Assembly (NCBI GenBank): GCA_001029795.1
Contig: CP011216.1
Coordinates: 499,580-563,579 of the forward strand
Origin: a candidate division Kazan bacterium GW2011_GWA1_50_15
GTDB taxonomy: Bacteria > Patescibacteriota > Kazan-3B-28
Length of the DNA: 64,000 nt
Direction: 5' to 3'
A model generated the notes under the pieces. That model saw only the letters and a list, made by a program, of their open reading frames with translations. It made no database searches and was not told the origin of the DNA. Shown piece by piece: positions 17,658 to 30,294 of this stretch; the first letter of the stretch is position 1, and every line of letters starts with the position of its first letter. The translations under genes were made by a program, and so were the position numbers.

Positions 17658-19441
17658 ACCTCGATGATGACCGGCAGGACCAAGGGGCGCCGTTCGATCT
17701 CGCGGAAGATGAACTCCCCGATATGCTCGCGAAGTTTGGTCTTAATATTGGTCCAGTCATCAGGAACGGACTGAACGTGTTGGGCGAAGATATCTTTGAC
17801 CTTTTGGCGAGTCTTGTTGATCAGATCTCCCTTCTCACGCATATAGACGAACCCGCGCGAGATGATGTCGGGGCTGCCGATAATCTTGCCTTTTTTATCC
17901 ACCAAGGCGATCAGAACGATCATCCCTTCTTTGGCCATAGCCTGACGGTCGCGCAGAACGACCTCTTTGACATCGCCCACACCCAAACCATCGACCATAA
18001 TGCCGCCAACGGGGACCTTTTGATTGCTCTTGCGCCCTTGGCCCTGACGGAACTCGATCACATCACCATCCTCCATAATAATGATGTTAGCTGGTTTGAT
18101 CCCGGTCTCTTCAGCCAACTCTTTGTGCGAGACTAACATGTGATATTCACCATGAACAGGGATGAACCAGCGGGGCTTGACCATAGTCAGCATCTGTTTC
18201 ATCTCTTCTCGGTAGGCGTGACCGGTCACATGGATCTGCATCTTTTTATCAAAGATAACGTTGGCGCCTTGGCGGTAGAGGTTGTTGATAACCGAGTTAA
18301 TGGAGCGCTCGTTGCCGGGGATAGCTGAGGAGGAGATGACGACGGTGTCGCCGCTGTGGATTTTCACCTGTTTATGTTCGCCGAATGCCATCCGCTGCAG
18401 AGCTGAGCCCTCCTGACCTTGGCTGCCGGTACTCAAAATAACTAGTTGACTGTCTTTGTATTTTTTAATACTGCGCAGATCAACGATCAAGCCCTTTGGG
18501 GTTTTGATATAGCCGGCCTTGCTAGCTACATCAAAATACTTCAACATACTTCTTCCGGCGATAGCGACCTTGCGCCGGTATTTAACGGCGGCGGCGATCA
18601 CATGCTGCATCCGGTCGATGCGGGAGGCGAACGAGGCCACGATCAGCCGGCCGGAGGTTTTGGCAAAGATCTCCATAAAGGCATCGGCGATGACCTGCTC
18701 GGACGGTGTTCGGCCTGGGGTGTGAACGTTAGTGCTCTCTGACATCAACAGCAGCACACCCTCTCTCCCAAGTTGTTCGAATTTGGCGTAGTCAGCCTTA
18801 ATCCCGTCCGGCGGTGTGGGGTCGAACTTGAAGTCGCCCGTGTAGATCACTTTGCCTTCGGGTGTGTCCACTACGATCGAGAAGGTGTCGGGGATGCTGT
18901 GGTTGACGCGAACGAACGACACTGTGAACACCCCAAGGCGGATTCGGTCACCGGCTTGGTAGGTATTGACCCGCACGTTCTGGGCATCGGAGAACTCTTC
19001 CAAGTTAACCTTGATCAGCTCGGCAGCCAAACGCGGGGCGTAGACCGGCACGCCCAACCGAGGAACTAAGTGTTGGATAGCCCCAATGTGATCCTCGTGG
19101 CCGTGAGTGACAATAATACCGCGGAGTTTCTTTTGATTACGTTCCAGATAGGTCGGATCGGGGATGACGTAGTCGATACCCAACATTGATTCGTCCGGCA
19201 TCATCATGCCGCAGTCGAGGATGACGATATCGTCGCCATATTCAACAACGATCATATTTTTACCCATCCCGCCAACTCCGCCCAAAGGGATGACTTTAAG
19301 CAGCGAGCTGGTAGACCGGCCGGCCGGCCGGCCGGAAGCCGGGCGATGGACGGGGCGTGGCTGGCGAGAGGCAGCTGGTCTGGGGCGAGTACCCCGACGG
19401 GGGTGCTGACGAGTTGTGGAAGAGTAATGAGTACGAATCAT
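17654..19441 (-). CDS. rnj: Ribonuclease J (metallo-beta-lactamase/beta-CASP)
   Basis: HGHEDHIG motif, beta-CASP and RNase J C-terminal domain. Arg/Pro-rich N-terminal extension of about 55 aa. Confidence 0.93.
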   Translation of the reverse strand: MIRTHYSSTTRQHPRRGTRPRPAASRQPRPVHRPASGRPAGRSTSSLLKVIPLGGVGGMGKNMIVVEYGDDIVILDCGMMMPDESMLGIDYVIPDPTYLERNQKKLRGIIVTHGHEDHIGAIQHLVPRLGVPVYAPRLAAELIKVNLEEFSDAQNVRVNTYQAGDRIRLGVFTVSFVRVNHSIPDTFSIVVDTPEGKVIYTGDFKFDPTPPDGIKADYAKFEQLGREGVLLLMSESTNVHTPGRTPSEQVIADAFMEIFAKTSGRLIVASFASRIDRMQHVIAAAVKYRRKVAIAGRSMLKYFDVASKAGYIKTPKGLIVDLRSIKKYKDSQLVILSTGSQGQEGSALQRMAFGEHKQVKIHSGDTVVISSSAIPGNERSINSVINNLYRQGANVIFDKKMQIHVTGHAYREEMKQMLTMVKPRWFIPVHGEYHMLVSHKELAEETGIKPANIIIMEDGDVIEFRQGQGRKSNQKVPVGGIMVDGLGVGDVKEVVLRDRQAMAKEGMIVLIALVDKKGKIIGSPDIISRGFVYMREKGDLINKTRQKVKDIFAQHVQSVPDDWTNIKTKLREHIGEFIFREIERRPLVLPVIIEV

Positions 19442-19456
19442 AAAAATAATAACTAG

Positions 19457-20068
19457 TTAAAAAATAGAAGGTTGGCTAGGTAGCGGGGGCGATACCGGGC
19501 TAGATAATTGGTCGAGGGTAACAAGCAGGGTCGGGATCTTTTTAAAGTCTGACATTAAGGTGGTTTTTAATTTGGGGTCGTAGAGTGCGGCGGCTGGGTG
19601 GTAGGTAATAAAGAAAACTTGTTCGCCGCGGCGTTTGGCTGTCCCGCGGATCTGGGAGATCTTTTCAGCAGGCAAGAACCAATGCAGAGCGTGTCGGCCC
19701 AGCAACACTATAAGTTTAGGTTTGATCAGAGCCAGCTCTCGTTCTAAAAAGGGTTTATGTTCCTCCACCTCAGCTGGCAGGGGATCGCGATTTTCGGGCG
19801 GGCGGCACTTCACTACGTTAGTGATGTAAACATCAGATCGGCTCCAACCGATGCCAGAGAGAGCTTCCTCCAAGAGTTTCCCGGCCGGGCCAACGAACGG
19901 GCGCCCTAATTCATCTTCGACTTTGCCGGGCCCTTCGCCGATAAACACAACCGGGCTATCGATGTTACCGTCCCCAGGAACGGCCTGTAGACACCCGGCC
20001 CTAAGAGAGCAGTGGTGGGCTTTGATCTCACCCACGAGTTGAACGAATTCTTGCTGTTTATCTGCCAT
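19457..20068 (-). CDS. Uracil-DNA glycosylase, family 4
   Basis: GEGPG and VGPAGKLL motifs and ITNVVKCRPP. Confidence 0.88.
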   Translation of the reverse strand: MADKQQEFVQLVGEIKAHHCSLRAGCLQAVPGDGNIDSPVVFIGEGPGKVEDELGRPFVGPAGKLLEEALSGIGWSRSDVYITNVVKCRPPENRDPLPAEVEEHKPFLERELALIKPKLIVLLGRHALHWFLPAEKISQIRGTAKRRGEQVFFITYHPAAALYDPKLKTTLMSDFKKIPTLLVTLDQLSSPVSPPLPSQPSIF

Positions 20069-20312
20069 AGAGCCAGATCAGTACCGCTACCGTTAGCAGT
20101 AACCCGACTAGAACCCAGCCCGCCCCAGACGCCGAGGACCGGTCTGGCCGCTTGATCGAACGGGGCGAGATAATATGATCTTCCTGCGGCGGCAGAAAGA
20201 TCTGCCGCGCTTTGGCCAGTTTGGTTTGCGTCGCACCTAACTCCGTAGCGCATCGAGTACAGAAAGTGATGCCCGGGGAGTTGGGATGACCGCAGTGATG
20301 ACAACGTGCCAT
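20058..20312 (-). CDS. Zinc-ribbon domain membrane protein
   Basis: CHHCG...CTRC zinc ribbon plus C-terminal TM helix. Tightly packed between pnp and the UDG gene. Confidence 0.6.
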   Translation of the reverse strand: MARCHHCGHPNSPGITFCTRCATELGATQTKLAKARQIFLPPQEDHIISPRSIKRPDRSSASGAGWVLVGLLLTVAVLIWLYGR

Positions 20313-20319
20313 GAATCGA

Positions 20320-22443
<2,124 letters not shown>

Positions 22444-22476
22444 GAGCCGTGGGTAGACTGGTCGGCCAGTGATGCA

Positions 22477-22524
22477 AAGTCAGGAGTAAAGATAAATCTC
22501 GAGATTTACACTTACTTCTGACTT
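22477..22524 (-). promoter_or_regulatory. Long imperfect hairpin (about 20-24 bp) in the rpsO-pnp intergenic leader
   Basis: aagtcaggagtaaagataaatctc / gagatttacacttacttctgactt, with a perfect central palindrome taaatctcgagattta. Confidence 0.6.
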
Positions 22525-22539
22525 CACGGGCCTGCGGGC

Positions 22540-22809
22540 TTACTTCCGGATCTTCAGCTTTTTAATTAAACTATTATATGCTTTAGGGTTGTGGAGCTCT
22601 AGATAGGTAAGCAACCGTCTGCGGTTGCCAACCATCTTGAATAGACCATGTCGAGAGTGGAAGTCCTTGGCATGGGTTTTCAGATGCTTGGTCAACTCGT
22701 TGATCTTGACCGTCAGGAGCGCGATCTGCACCTCGGCCGAACCAGTGTCCTTGCCGTGTGACTGGTGTTCACTAATGATCTTTTGCTTTTTATCAGCTTT
22801 AATCGCCAT
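22540..22809 (-). CDS. rpsO: 30S ribosomal protein S15
   Basis: Full-length S15 (89 aa) with conserved LTYLELHNPKAY-like C-terminus. Confidence 0.97.
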   Translation of the reverse strand: MAIKADKKQKIISEHQSHGKDTGSAEVQIALLTVKINELTKHLKTHAKDFHSRHGLFKMVGNRRRLLTYLELHNPKAYNSLIKKLKIRK

Positions 22810-22884
22810 GAGTTCATTCCAAAAAACTTACCCACCAATGATATCACTTCAACGGGGATAAGGCAAGGGTTAAATAGAATAATT

Positions 22885-24066
22885 TTATGCCCCTAGAGCC
22901 TGTTTCTCAGTCTCGGGGGTAGCTTCAAGGCCCAGACGCCGTTTCTGATATTCACGGATCTTTTCAAGAATTTTGGGCTCGGCTTCACCCAGAGTCATAT
23001 CGAGAAGTTTAAACCCAGCTGCGCCGGGATGCCCGCCGCCGCCAAACAGCCCAGCGATCTCAGTGGCATCTACTCCTTTGGCCGTTCTGAGACTCCCAGA
23101 GACTACACGCGGCTCGCGTTCAGACAGGAGCAAGACCACGTCCGCCCCTGGGATACTAGTCATCAACTCGTCTATCAGACCACCGAACTCTTCCTTGGTA
23201 GCACCACTACCGGTCAGGTCATCCAGCCCAGCTGTCGACCAGGCGAATTTTGTCCCAAAGTCAAACTGGATCCGGGCTAAGACCTGACCCCATAGTTTAA
23301 GCTGAGCTAGTGACTTGGTTTTGAATAGGTGCCGGATGATCTCCTGCTGTTGGGCCCCAAATCCTACCAGCTGGGCGGCCACGGTCAGTGATTTAGGTGT
23401 CGTGTTAGCGTTCTGGAACGAGCCAGTATCGGCGATAATACCAGTCAAAAGACAGGTGGCCACCCCTGGGTCAATCAGATTCACCCCCAAAGCTTCAATC
23501 AGACCGATCAAAATCTCGGCCGTTGATGTAGCAGTTAGATCAACCAAGTTCACGCTCCCGAAGTAGGCGTTACTGGCGTGATGATCGATATTGATGATTG
23601 GTATCTCCTGGAACAGAGTCGGATAGCGATCGTAGGCTAGACCTAGCTGATGCAGATCAGCCGCGTCCAAGACGATTACCGTGTCGTACTTAAACTGACC
23701 TTGGGTAAATACCACGTCCTCCGGCCGATAGCGGCCAGACTTGGGAGTGATAATAATATTTAATTTACCTTCATCGAAGTTGTAGGATAGCCGGTCCGCG
23801 GAGGCATTGGGGCTATCTAACGTGATCACAAAGTCGCGCATCCCATTGATGTCGGTGGCAATATCTTCGACTTTGGGCAAAAACCGATAAGTCTGACTGA
23901 CCGGGTCTAGTACCCCCAGTGTGACCGTCTTCCCTAGTTTAGTTAGAACCTGTAGGAGGGCTAATGAGGACCCAATCGAATCACCGTCGGGCCGGCTAGG
24001 CACGATAAGAATTTGATTCGATCGGTTGATCAGCTCGACCGCTTGTTGCTTGGGAGCAGTTTCCAT
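22885..24066 (-). CDS. nrnA: DHH/DHHA1 family phosphoesterase (NrnA-like oligoribonuclease/pAp phosphatase)
   Basis: DHH motif NIDHHASN and DHHA1 GGGH motif. Confidence 0.85.
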   Translation of the reverse strand: METAPKQQAVELINRSNQILIVPSRPDGDSIGSSLALLQVLTKLGKTVTLGVLDPVSQTYRFLPKVEDIATDINGMRDFVITLDSPNASADRLSYNFDEGKLNIIITPKSGRYRPEDVVFTQGQFKYDTVIVLDAADLHQLGLAYDRYPTLFQEIPIINIDHHASNAYFGSVNLVDLTATSTAEILIGLIEALGVNLIDPGVATCLLTGIIADTGSFQNANTTPKSLTVAAQLVGFGAQQQEIIRHLFKTKSLAQLKLWGQVLARIQFDFGTKFAWSTAGLDDLTGSGATKEEFGGLIDELMTSIPGADVVLLLSEREPRVVSGSLRTAKGVDATEIAGLFGGGGHPGAAGFKLLDMTLGEAEPKILEKIREYQKRRLGLEATPETEKQALGA

Positions 24067-24175
24067 TGTTGACAGCCAAACGTACTAGATAGAGCCCCTC
24101 TCTGTCAACCCGAGAAGAGGAAAGCCTTTACACCCCCCACAGAAAAGATTAATCTAGGGCTTGTAAAAAGCCATT

Positions 24176-24409
24176 ATGCCAATTATTAAATCTGCCAAAA
24201 AGCGGGTGCGGAGCTCGGCGCGGAAACGTCAACTGAACTCTGCCCGGCGCCGGTCGGTCAAGGAGGCTGTTAAACAGACTCGAGTAGCGCCCAGCGCCGA
24301 AAGTTTGAAGACGGCGTTCAAAGCTCTCGACAAAGCTGCTAAGCGGGGAGTGGTTCATAAGAACCGTGTGGCGCGGCTGAAGTCACGCTTGGCCAAGCTG
24401 GTTAAGTAA
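24176..24409 (+). CDS. rpsT: 30S ribosomal protein S20
   Basis: MPIIKSAKKRVRSSARKR... canonical S20. Confidence 0.95.
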   Translation: MPIIKSAKKRVRSSARKRQLNSARRRSVKEAVKQTRVAPSAESLKTAFKALDKAAKRGVVHKNRVARLKSRLAKLVK

Positions 24410-25349
24410 CTGCAAGCTTGAGGGTAAACAACTCTAAAGCATCCTCTGGGTCCCAGACCCCGGTTTTGATGTTCCAATCACATTGGAGCAAATGGTCATA
24501 GGCCTGGCTAAGCTGCTTAAGATCAAATCTGGCCGCTGACTGCCAATTGGCTCTCACCACGAACGGCGGCAGGCCCAGGACCCGTGCGGCTTCTTCCATC
24601 GGTACCCCGCTGGTCCGGAGTTCGTGGATGCGAACTAAGTGGCGCAACTGGTAGGCGATAGCGCCCATCAGTTTGATCTCATCTTCGCCCGTAGTTAGAC
24701 TACGTATCAGAATGTGCTGGGCCTGAGTTAGGTCGCGAGCCAGGGCCGCTACCACTAATTGGAACAAGTTGGTAGCACCACTACCCCCTAGTAATAATCT
24801 AATATCGTCTTGCGTTACTGGCCGGCCGTACGCGTAGGCCGATAGTTTTCGCAGTTCATTGTCCAGCCACCACAAGTCGCTACCAGTACTGGCCAAGATC
24901 ATCTCCAATAGTGCGTCACTGACCATAACTTGGTAGGTAGCAGCCATCTGCTTTGCACATCGTCGTAGGGCTGGCCCCACGAGAGGAGTAAACTCCTCGG
25001 CCTGCTTGGGTTGATTTAGTGTTTTGAACAGAACCAGCCGCCGGTCGCACTTGTGAGTTTCATAGATAATCACCGTGGTTTCGTCTGACCAACCTGTCTC
25101 CACAAGGTGCGCCAGAACCGCCCGCACCGCGTCGGCAGCATAGAGTAGGAGATCTTCGAACACGACCAGTCTAGCCCCGCCCAGCAAAGTTTGGCCCAAA
25201 ATCGCTTGCCGCAATCGGTCGGGAGTAATTTTGTCGCCGGCGATAGTCTCGATATTATCGGCGGGGTGCCGAGCAATAAATTTCTGTTTGATCGCCAGCA
25301 GTTTCTGCCGCGAACTAAAACTGTCTTCGCCGTGTAAAAACAAGATCAT
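24402..25349 (-). CDS. holA: DNA polymerase III subunit delta
   Basis: MILFLHGEDSF N-terminus and delta-subunit architecture. Converges on and overlaps rpsT by 8 nt. Confidence 0.85.
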   Translation of the reverse strand: MILFLHGEDSFSSRQKLLAIKQKFIARHPADNIETIAGDKITPDRLRQAILGQTLLGGARLVVFEDLLLYAADAVRAVLAHLVETGWSDETTVIIYETHKCDRRLVLFKTLNQPKQAEEFTPLVGPALRRCAKQMAATYQVMVSDALLEMILASTGSDLWWLDNELRKLSAYAYGRPVTQDDIRLLLGGSGATNLFQLVVAALARDLTQAQHILIRSLTTGEDEIKLMGAIAYQLRHLVRIHELRTSGVPMEEAARVLGLPPFVVRANWQSAARFDLKQLSQAYDHLLQCDWNIKTGVWDPEDALELFTLKLAVT

Positions 25350-26827
25350 GTGAGTGGGGGTTGGATGATGGTCGCATCGCCGTTCTCGTTGGCAGTATCG
25401 CCAGGCAGAACATTATTGATGTCGGCTTCGACCTTAGCGGCGTCTTCGGCGCCGCGCAGATACTTAGCCGGCCAGGGGATGTAGTGGCTTTTAAAGGTGT
25501 CGTTACGAATTAGTTTTTTGTTTTGATACACGCGGCGGTACAGAACCGCGTCGGCTCCGCGATGAGCGATCTCGACTTGCTTGGTCTCACCTACAGAGAG
25601 AGTGGCGGTATCGATATAGATAGGTTCAGGGTAGTCGGTGACGTTGCTAACGTACGGTCCATCCAGCTGCACCTCCCGCTTGGTGTCGGTGCCATAAAAA
25701 TCAAAATAAAGTTTGCTCCCTTCGATATAAGTATCCATCAAGATGCTGCCCGGAGTATCGTTGGTGAACTTCAGGTCAGGGTAGGGTTGATAGATGGTCG
25801 CATCGGTGCCGGGTGGTTCATAGTAGGCCACCCGATAAGAGTGGTTGCGGCGCTCTACCACCGGCAACCCACCGTTTAAGATAGCCCTAAAGGCGGTGGT
25901 CGAAACCTGGCACAAGCCCCCGCCAAACTCTGGAGTGGTCTCATCGCCCTTGATCACTAGTTCGGGCCGATAACCGGTACTGCTGTCGACCGTGCCCAGC
26001 ACGCGCAAAAATGAAAGTGTATCACCCGGGGCTATGATCACTCCGTCAAATTTTCCGGCCCCCACCCCGATATTGTGCCGGCGATTTTTTGGGCTCCCGC
26101 TGAAGTCCGAGACTCCCCGGGCGATCAGAGTGTTGATCCCCAATATATTTGTGTCGGCCAGTGTAACACTAGGCTTAGTTACAGTAACCGGTAATGATAT
26201 TGCGCTAGCGCTTAATATGTTTTGGGCAATGAGAACGACTGTCGCATCGACATCGAGTGCCAACCCGTCCTGACTGGTCACCAGTTCTGTCGCGCGACTA
26301 TTCTTGATGATCAGATGCGCGTTGCGTTGAGGTTGGTCGATAGCTGTTGCGATCTCTTGGAGATAGGTAATTAACTTAGCCTGGTCAAATGTGTGAACTA
26401 AGTCGGTTGCACGAATGATCGGTTGGCGTGCACTCAAAATAGCGTATCCGCGCTCTTCCAATTGCTGCCACACCCCGCCCCGCCGACCAACTCGCATGGC
26501 CTCATTAGCCAACTTGACCGCATCCAACTCAAACCCGAACTGATTAGGGTCGAGCTCCCAAAGTTGACCGGAGTATTCCAGCTTGATCACTCCGAACTGA
26601 GTCTGCCCCACCCTATCACTAATCAAGATTTGGGATTGTTCGGTGGTCTGGCCGCCTAAATTGATCTCGAGAAACTGTACCCCGGGTAGTACCCGACCAG
26701 CGTAGACCACATCTAAACCTACCAGGACAAGGATGCTTAGTACAACTAACCCTCCCGCTCCCAGTCCCAACAATCTAAATAGACGGTCGTACTGAATAAC
26801 AGATTTTGTGAGTGGGTCATCTGCCAT
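25346..26827 (-). CDS. VanW family protein (N-terminal TM)
   Basis: VanW domain GGGLCQVSTTAFRAILNGGLPVVERRNHSY. Confidence 0.85.
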   Translation of the reverse strand: MADDPLTKSVIQYDRLFRLLGLGAGGLVVLSILVLVGLDVVYAGRVLPGVQFLEINLGGQTTEQSQILISDRVGQTQFGVIKLEYSGQLWELDPNQFGFELDAVKLANEAMRVGRRGGVWQQLEERGYAILSARQPIIRATDLVHTFDQAKLITYLQEIATAIDQPQRNAHLIIKNSRATELVTSQDGLALDVDATVVLIAQNILSASAISLPVTVTKPSVTLADTNILGINTLIARGVSDFSGSPKNRRHNIGVGAGKFDGVIIAPGDTLSFLRVLGTVDSSTGYRPELVIKGDETTPEFGGGLCQVSTTAFRAILNGGLPVVERRNHSYRVAYYEPPGTDATIYQPYPDLKFTNDTPGSILMDTYIEGSKLYFDFYGTDTKREVQLDGPYVSNVTDYPEPIYIDTATLSVGETKQVEIAHRGADAVLYRRVYQNKKLIRNDTFKSHYIPWPAKYLRGAEDAAKVEADINNVLPGDTANENGDATIIQPPLT

Positions 26828-27032
26828 TGAGGATCTCTTGAAGTAGCTGTTTGGCCAAAGCTTGCTGATCAGTTTGATAGGTGGCCTTGTTCGTTACCTC
26901 AACGATTATATCCGTCCCGGCCGGTTGGGGTAATTGAACCTCGAGGGGCCAGATGACCCCGTTAGCCAGTACCAAGCTATCCGCTTGGTCGCCCTTTTTC
27001 AGGGCTGCCGATAAAACCAATTTTTCCCCCAT
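26817..27032 (-). CDS. Small hypothetical protein (71 aa, possibly DUF3006-like)
   Basis: Overlaps the VanW start. Weak family resemblance only. Confidence 0.45.
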   Translation of the reverse strand: MGEKLVLSAALKKGDQADSLVLANGVIWPLEVQLPQPAGTDIIVEVTNKATYQTDQQALAKQLLQEILNGR

Positions 27033-27077
27033 AGTTATTTAATCACCGATAATCAATAACTAAATTACAAAAGAGAG

Positions 27078-29087
27078 TTAACCTAGAAACAGCCCGACTG
27101 CAAGAAGAGCGACTATATTAATGATCTTGATCATGGGGTTGATGGCTGGACCAGCCGTGTCTTTGTATGGGTCACCGACAGTGTCGCCGGTTACCGCTGC
27201 CGCGTGGGCTAGCGACCCCTTGCCGCCCAGGTGCCCGTCCTCGATATATTTCTTGGCGTTATCCCAAGCCGCACCGCCGGTGGTCATTGAGATAGCCACA
27301 AAGATACCGGTCACAATACTACCGACGAGTAGCCCGCCCAGGGCGCGGGGGCCCAACAGCCATCCAACCAGCAGCGGCGCCGCGACCGGGAGAAGCGCCG
27401 GAACGATCATTTCACGGATAGCCGCCCGGGTAACGATATCCACTGCCCTGGCATAGTTGGGTCGAGCAGTCCCGTCCATAATTCCCGCAATGGTTTTAAA
27501 TTGATGGCGCACTTCTTTCACAACCGCAGCGGCAGTCTTGCCGACCGTCTCCATGGACAGAGCGGCAAACAAGTAAGGGAGGAGACCGCCCAAGAATAGA
27601 CCGATCAAAACTTGTGGGTCATTCAGCGTGAACTGGATCGCTCCGCCCTGCAAGTTGCCAAGTTCTTGAGTGTAAGCCGAAAATAAAACGATAGCGGCCA
27701 GACCTGCCGAACCGATCGCGTAACCTTTAGTTACCGCTTTAGTTGTGTTGCCAACCGCATCGAGAGGGTCGGTTACTCGGCGGACACTGTCCGGCAGATT
27801 AGCCATCTCGGCGATCCCGCCAGCGTTATCCGTGATCGGCCCGTAAGCATCAACTGCCACAATGATCCCGACCATGGAAAGCATCGAGACGGCGGCGATA
27901 GCCACCCCAAACAGACCGCTAAAGTAGTAAGCGGCAAAGATAGCCGCAGCGATGGCCAGGACCGGCAGGGCGGTGGCTTTCATCCCCACAGCCAAGCCCG
28001 CGATCACATTAGTGCCATGCCCAGTTTCGGAGGCGTGAGCGATCTGTTTAACCGGATTAAACCGGGAAGCGGTGTAGTATTCAGTGATCCAGATGATCAG
28101 CCCAGTTACAACTAAGCCGACAAGCGCGCAATAGAATAAACTGAGATAATTTACCCCAGCTAGGCCTCCCAAGAGATACCGAGTAACAACATAGAATCCG
28201 CCGAGCGCTAATACCCCAGCCACAGCCAGACCCTGATACAGCGCGCCCATAATATCGCGGTTTTTAGGCAGCCGGACAAACCAAGTCCCGACGATCGAAG
28301 CCAAGATCGACACACCTCCCAAAACTAGGGGATAAGCGATCATCAGAGGATTACCGGCGAATAGCAGGGCCGACAGAACCATGGCGGCCACGATCGTAAC
28401 CGCATAAGTTTCAAATAGGTCAGCAGCCATCCCAGCGCAGTCGCCAACATTATCACCAACATTGTCGGCGATGACCGCAGGGTTTCTGGGATCGTCTTCG
28501 GGGATACCAGCCTCAACCTTCCCAACCAGATCAGCTCCCACATCCGCTCCTTTGGTAAATATTCCGCCACCTAAACGAGCGAACACCGAGATCAAACTAC
28601 CGCCAAAGCCTAGACCGATTAATGCGTTAACATCATGGAATATGGCGTAGAACCCGGCAACACCAAGCATCCCTAACCCCACCACGAATAGACCTGTCAC
28701 CGCTCCACCTCGGAAGGCTAGCCCTAAGGCCGCAGCCAAACCTTTCTCTGCCGCGGTCGCGGTGCGTACATTGGCCCGTACCGATATGTGCATACCAATA
28801 AAACCGGCGATGGCGGAAAGGACTGCTCCTATCAAAAAGCCTAGAGCGGTCAACCAGCCTAAAAACCAATAGAGGATAGCGGCCAGAACTATCGCCACGA
28901 TAGCGATGGTTAAGTACTGTCTTTTCAGGTAGGCCGAGGCGCCTTCTTGGATCGCGCGCGCTATCTGCATCATCTTATCGGTACCGGTCGGTTGAGCTAG
29001 CACCCAGGCGGTTAAACCTAGGGCGTAGACTACGCTAACGGCGCCAGCTGCCAGCGCAAAGGTTAGACTGAGGTTGGTTGGACTCAT
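27078..29087 (-). CDS. hppA: Membrane-bound H+/Na+-translocating pyrophosphatase
   Basis: GGG(I/L)[25 protein letters not shown] and other V-PPase signature motifs. About 15 TM helices. Confidence 0.95.
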   Translation of the reverse strand: MSPTNLSLTFALAAGAVSVVYALGLTAWVLAQPTGTDKMMQIARAIQEGASAYLKRQYLTIAIVAIVLAAILYWFLGWLTALGFLIGAVLSAIAGFIGMHISVRANVRTATAAEKGLAAALGLAFRGGAVTGLFVVGLGMLGVAGFYAIFHDVNALIGLGFGGSLISVFARLGGGIFTKGADVGADLVGKVEAGIPEDDPRNPAVIADNVGDNVGDCAGMAADLFETYAVTIVAAMVLSALLFAGNPLMIAYPLVLGGVSILASIVGTWFVRLPKNRDIMGALYQGLAVAGVLALGGFYVVTRYLLGGLAGVNYLSLFYCALVGLVVTGLIIWITEYYTASRFNPVKQIAHASETGHGTNVIAGLAVGMKATALPVLAIAAAIFAAYYFSGLFGVAIAAVSMLSMVGIIVAVDAYGPITDNAGGIAEMANLPDSVRRVTDPLDAVGNTTKAVTKGYAIGSAGLAAIVLFSAYTQELGNLQGGAIQFTLNDPQVLIGLFLGGLLPYLFAALSMETVGKTAAAVVKEVRHQFKTIAGIMDGTARPNYARAVDIVTRAAIREMIVPALLPVAAPLLVGWLLGPRALGGLLVGSIVTGIFVAISMTTGGAAWDNAKKYIEDGHLGGKGSLAHAAAVTGDTVGDPYKDTAGPAINPMIKIINIVALLAVGLFLG

Positions 29088-29139
29088 AATGCAAACAAAA
29101 AATTAATGGTAACCGGTTATTATATCACCCCTCATTCTA

Positions 29140-30291
29140 TTATGTTTTTGGGAGAGGGGTTAAGGCTTTCTGATAAACCGCTAGGGTTTCTTTGGCCATG
29201 CGGGCAAAAGAATATTTTTTGGCCTGCGCCAGACCCTTGTCGCGCAGTTCTTTGCGCAGCCGGAAGGTAGTGGCCAACTTGTACATCGCCTGGGCGATAT
29301 CTTCGATGTTGGTTGGGTCAAAGTAAAGTGCGGCCGAACCCAGCACCTCTGGCATGACCGACGCATTAGACGACAGCACTGGGGTACCTGAAGCCATTGC
29401 TTCCAGGGGCGGGATGCCAAACCCCTCATAGAGGGAGGGAAAGATGAAGGCCTCGGCCTCGGAATAGAAGTAGGGCAGGTCGGCGTCTGCCACGTAGCCG
29501 GTGGTGACCACGCTGTCCTGAAGATTCATCTGCTTGATCGTCGCTGGAACCTCGGGGGCTAGGGGATCGCTTTTGCCGACCAGAACCAGTTGATAATCAA
29601 TGTTATAACGATGTTTAAGAAGAGCAAAGGCTCTGACTAACCGCACTAAGTTTTTGTGGTGCCGCCACTGACCCACATATAAGAAGAACGGCCGTGAGAT
29701 GTTGTATTTAGTTTTGATCATCTCGGTCTTTTTCGGATCGTCGATGTGACGATACCGTTTGGGCGCGGCCCCGTAGACCACGTCGATCTTGCCGGCGTCT
29801 ACCCCTAAATGTTCAACGATGTCGCGCTTCGTCCCTTGCGAGATGGCAATAATCCGCGTGGCATTCAGACATGACTGCCGGATCACATACCGATATACCC
29901 AGCGGCGGAACCAGCTGGTCTGGCGCCGGCCAGGGAAGAACCACAGAGTTAGATCGTGAATGGTCACAACGCTTTTAATGCTTTTAAAAAGGATCGGTGA
30001 ATTGAAATTGGTGTAGTGGATCAGATCGAGTTTAGCCCGCCGGAGTACACTGGGGTACCCGAACTGCTCACCGTACGTATAGTGGGCGTAGGTAACCGCT
30101 TTTTTATCCAGATTTGGCGCGTACAATGGAAAGAACTCCGCTACCTCCGGCAGCACAAAAGCCGTGTACCGGTTAATAGTGTCGAGCTTGATCAAATGAG
30201 CCACTAGCTCCTCAGCGTAAGTGCCAACCCCGGTCGCTTGGGCCGTCCCGAACAGTCTGGCATCGATACCGATGTGATACGGTTTACTCAT
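29140..30291 (-). CDS. Glycosyltransferase family 4 (GT4)
   Basis: EGFGIPPLEAMASGTPV GT-B C-terminal motif. Confidence 0.88.
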   Translation of the reverse strand: MSKPYHIGIDARLFGTAQATGVGTYAEELVAHLIKLDTINRYTAFVLPEVAEFFPLYAPNLDKKAVTYAHYTYGEQFGYPSVLRRAKLDLIHYTNFNSPILFKSIKSVVTIHDLTLWFFPGRRQTSWFRRWVYRYVIRQSCLNATRIIAISQGTKRDIVEHLGVDAGKIDVVYGAAPKRYRHIDDPKKTEMIKTKYNISRPFFLYVGQWRHHKNLVRLVRAFALLKHRYNIDYQLVLVGKSDPLAPEVPATIKQMNLQDSVVTTGYVADADLPYFYSEAEAFIFPSLYEGFGIPPLEAMASGTPVLSSNASVMPEVLGSAALYFDPTNIEDIAQAMYKLATTFRLRKELRDKGLAQAKKYSFARMAKETLAVYQKALTPLPKT

Positions 30292-30294
30292 AGT

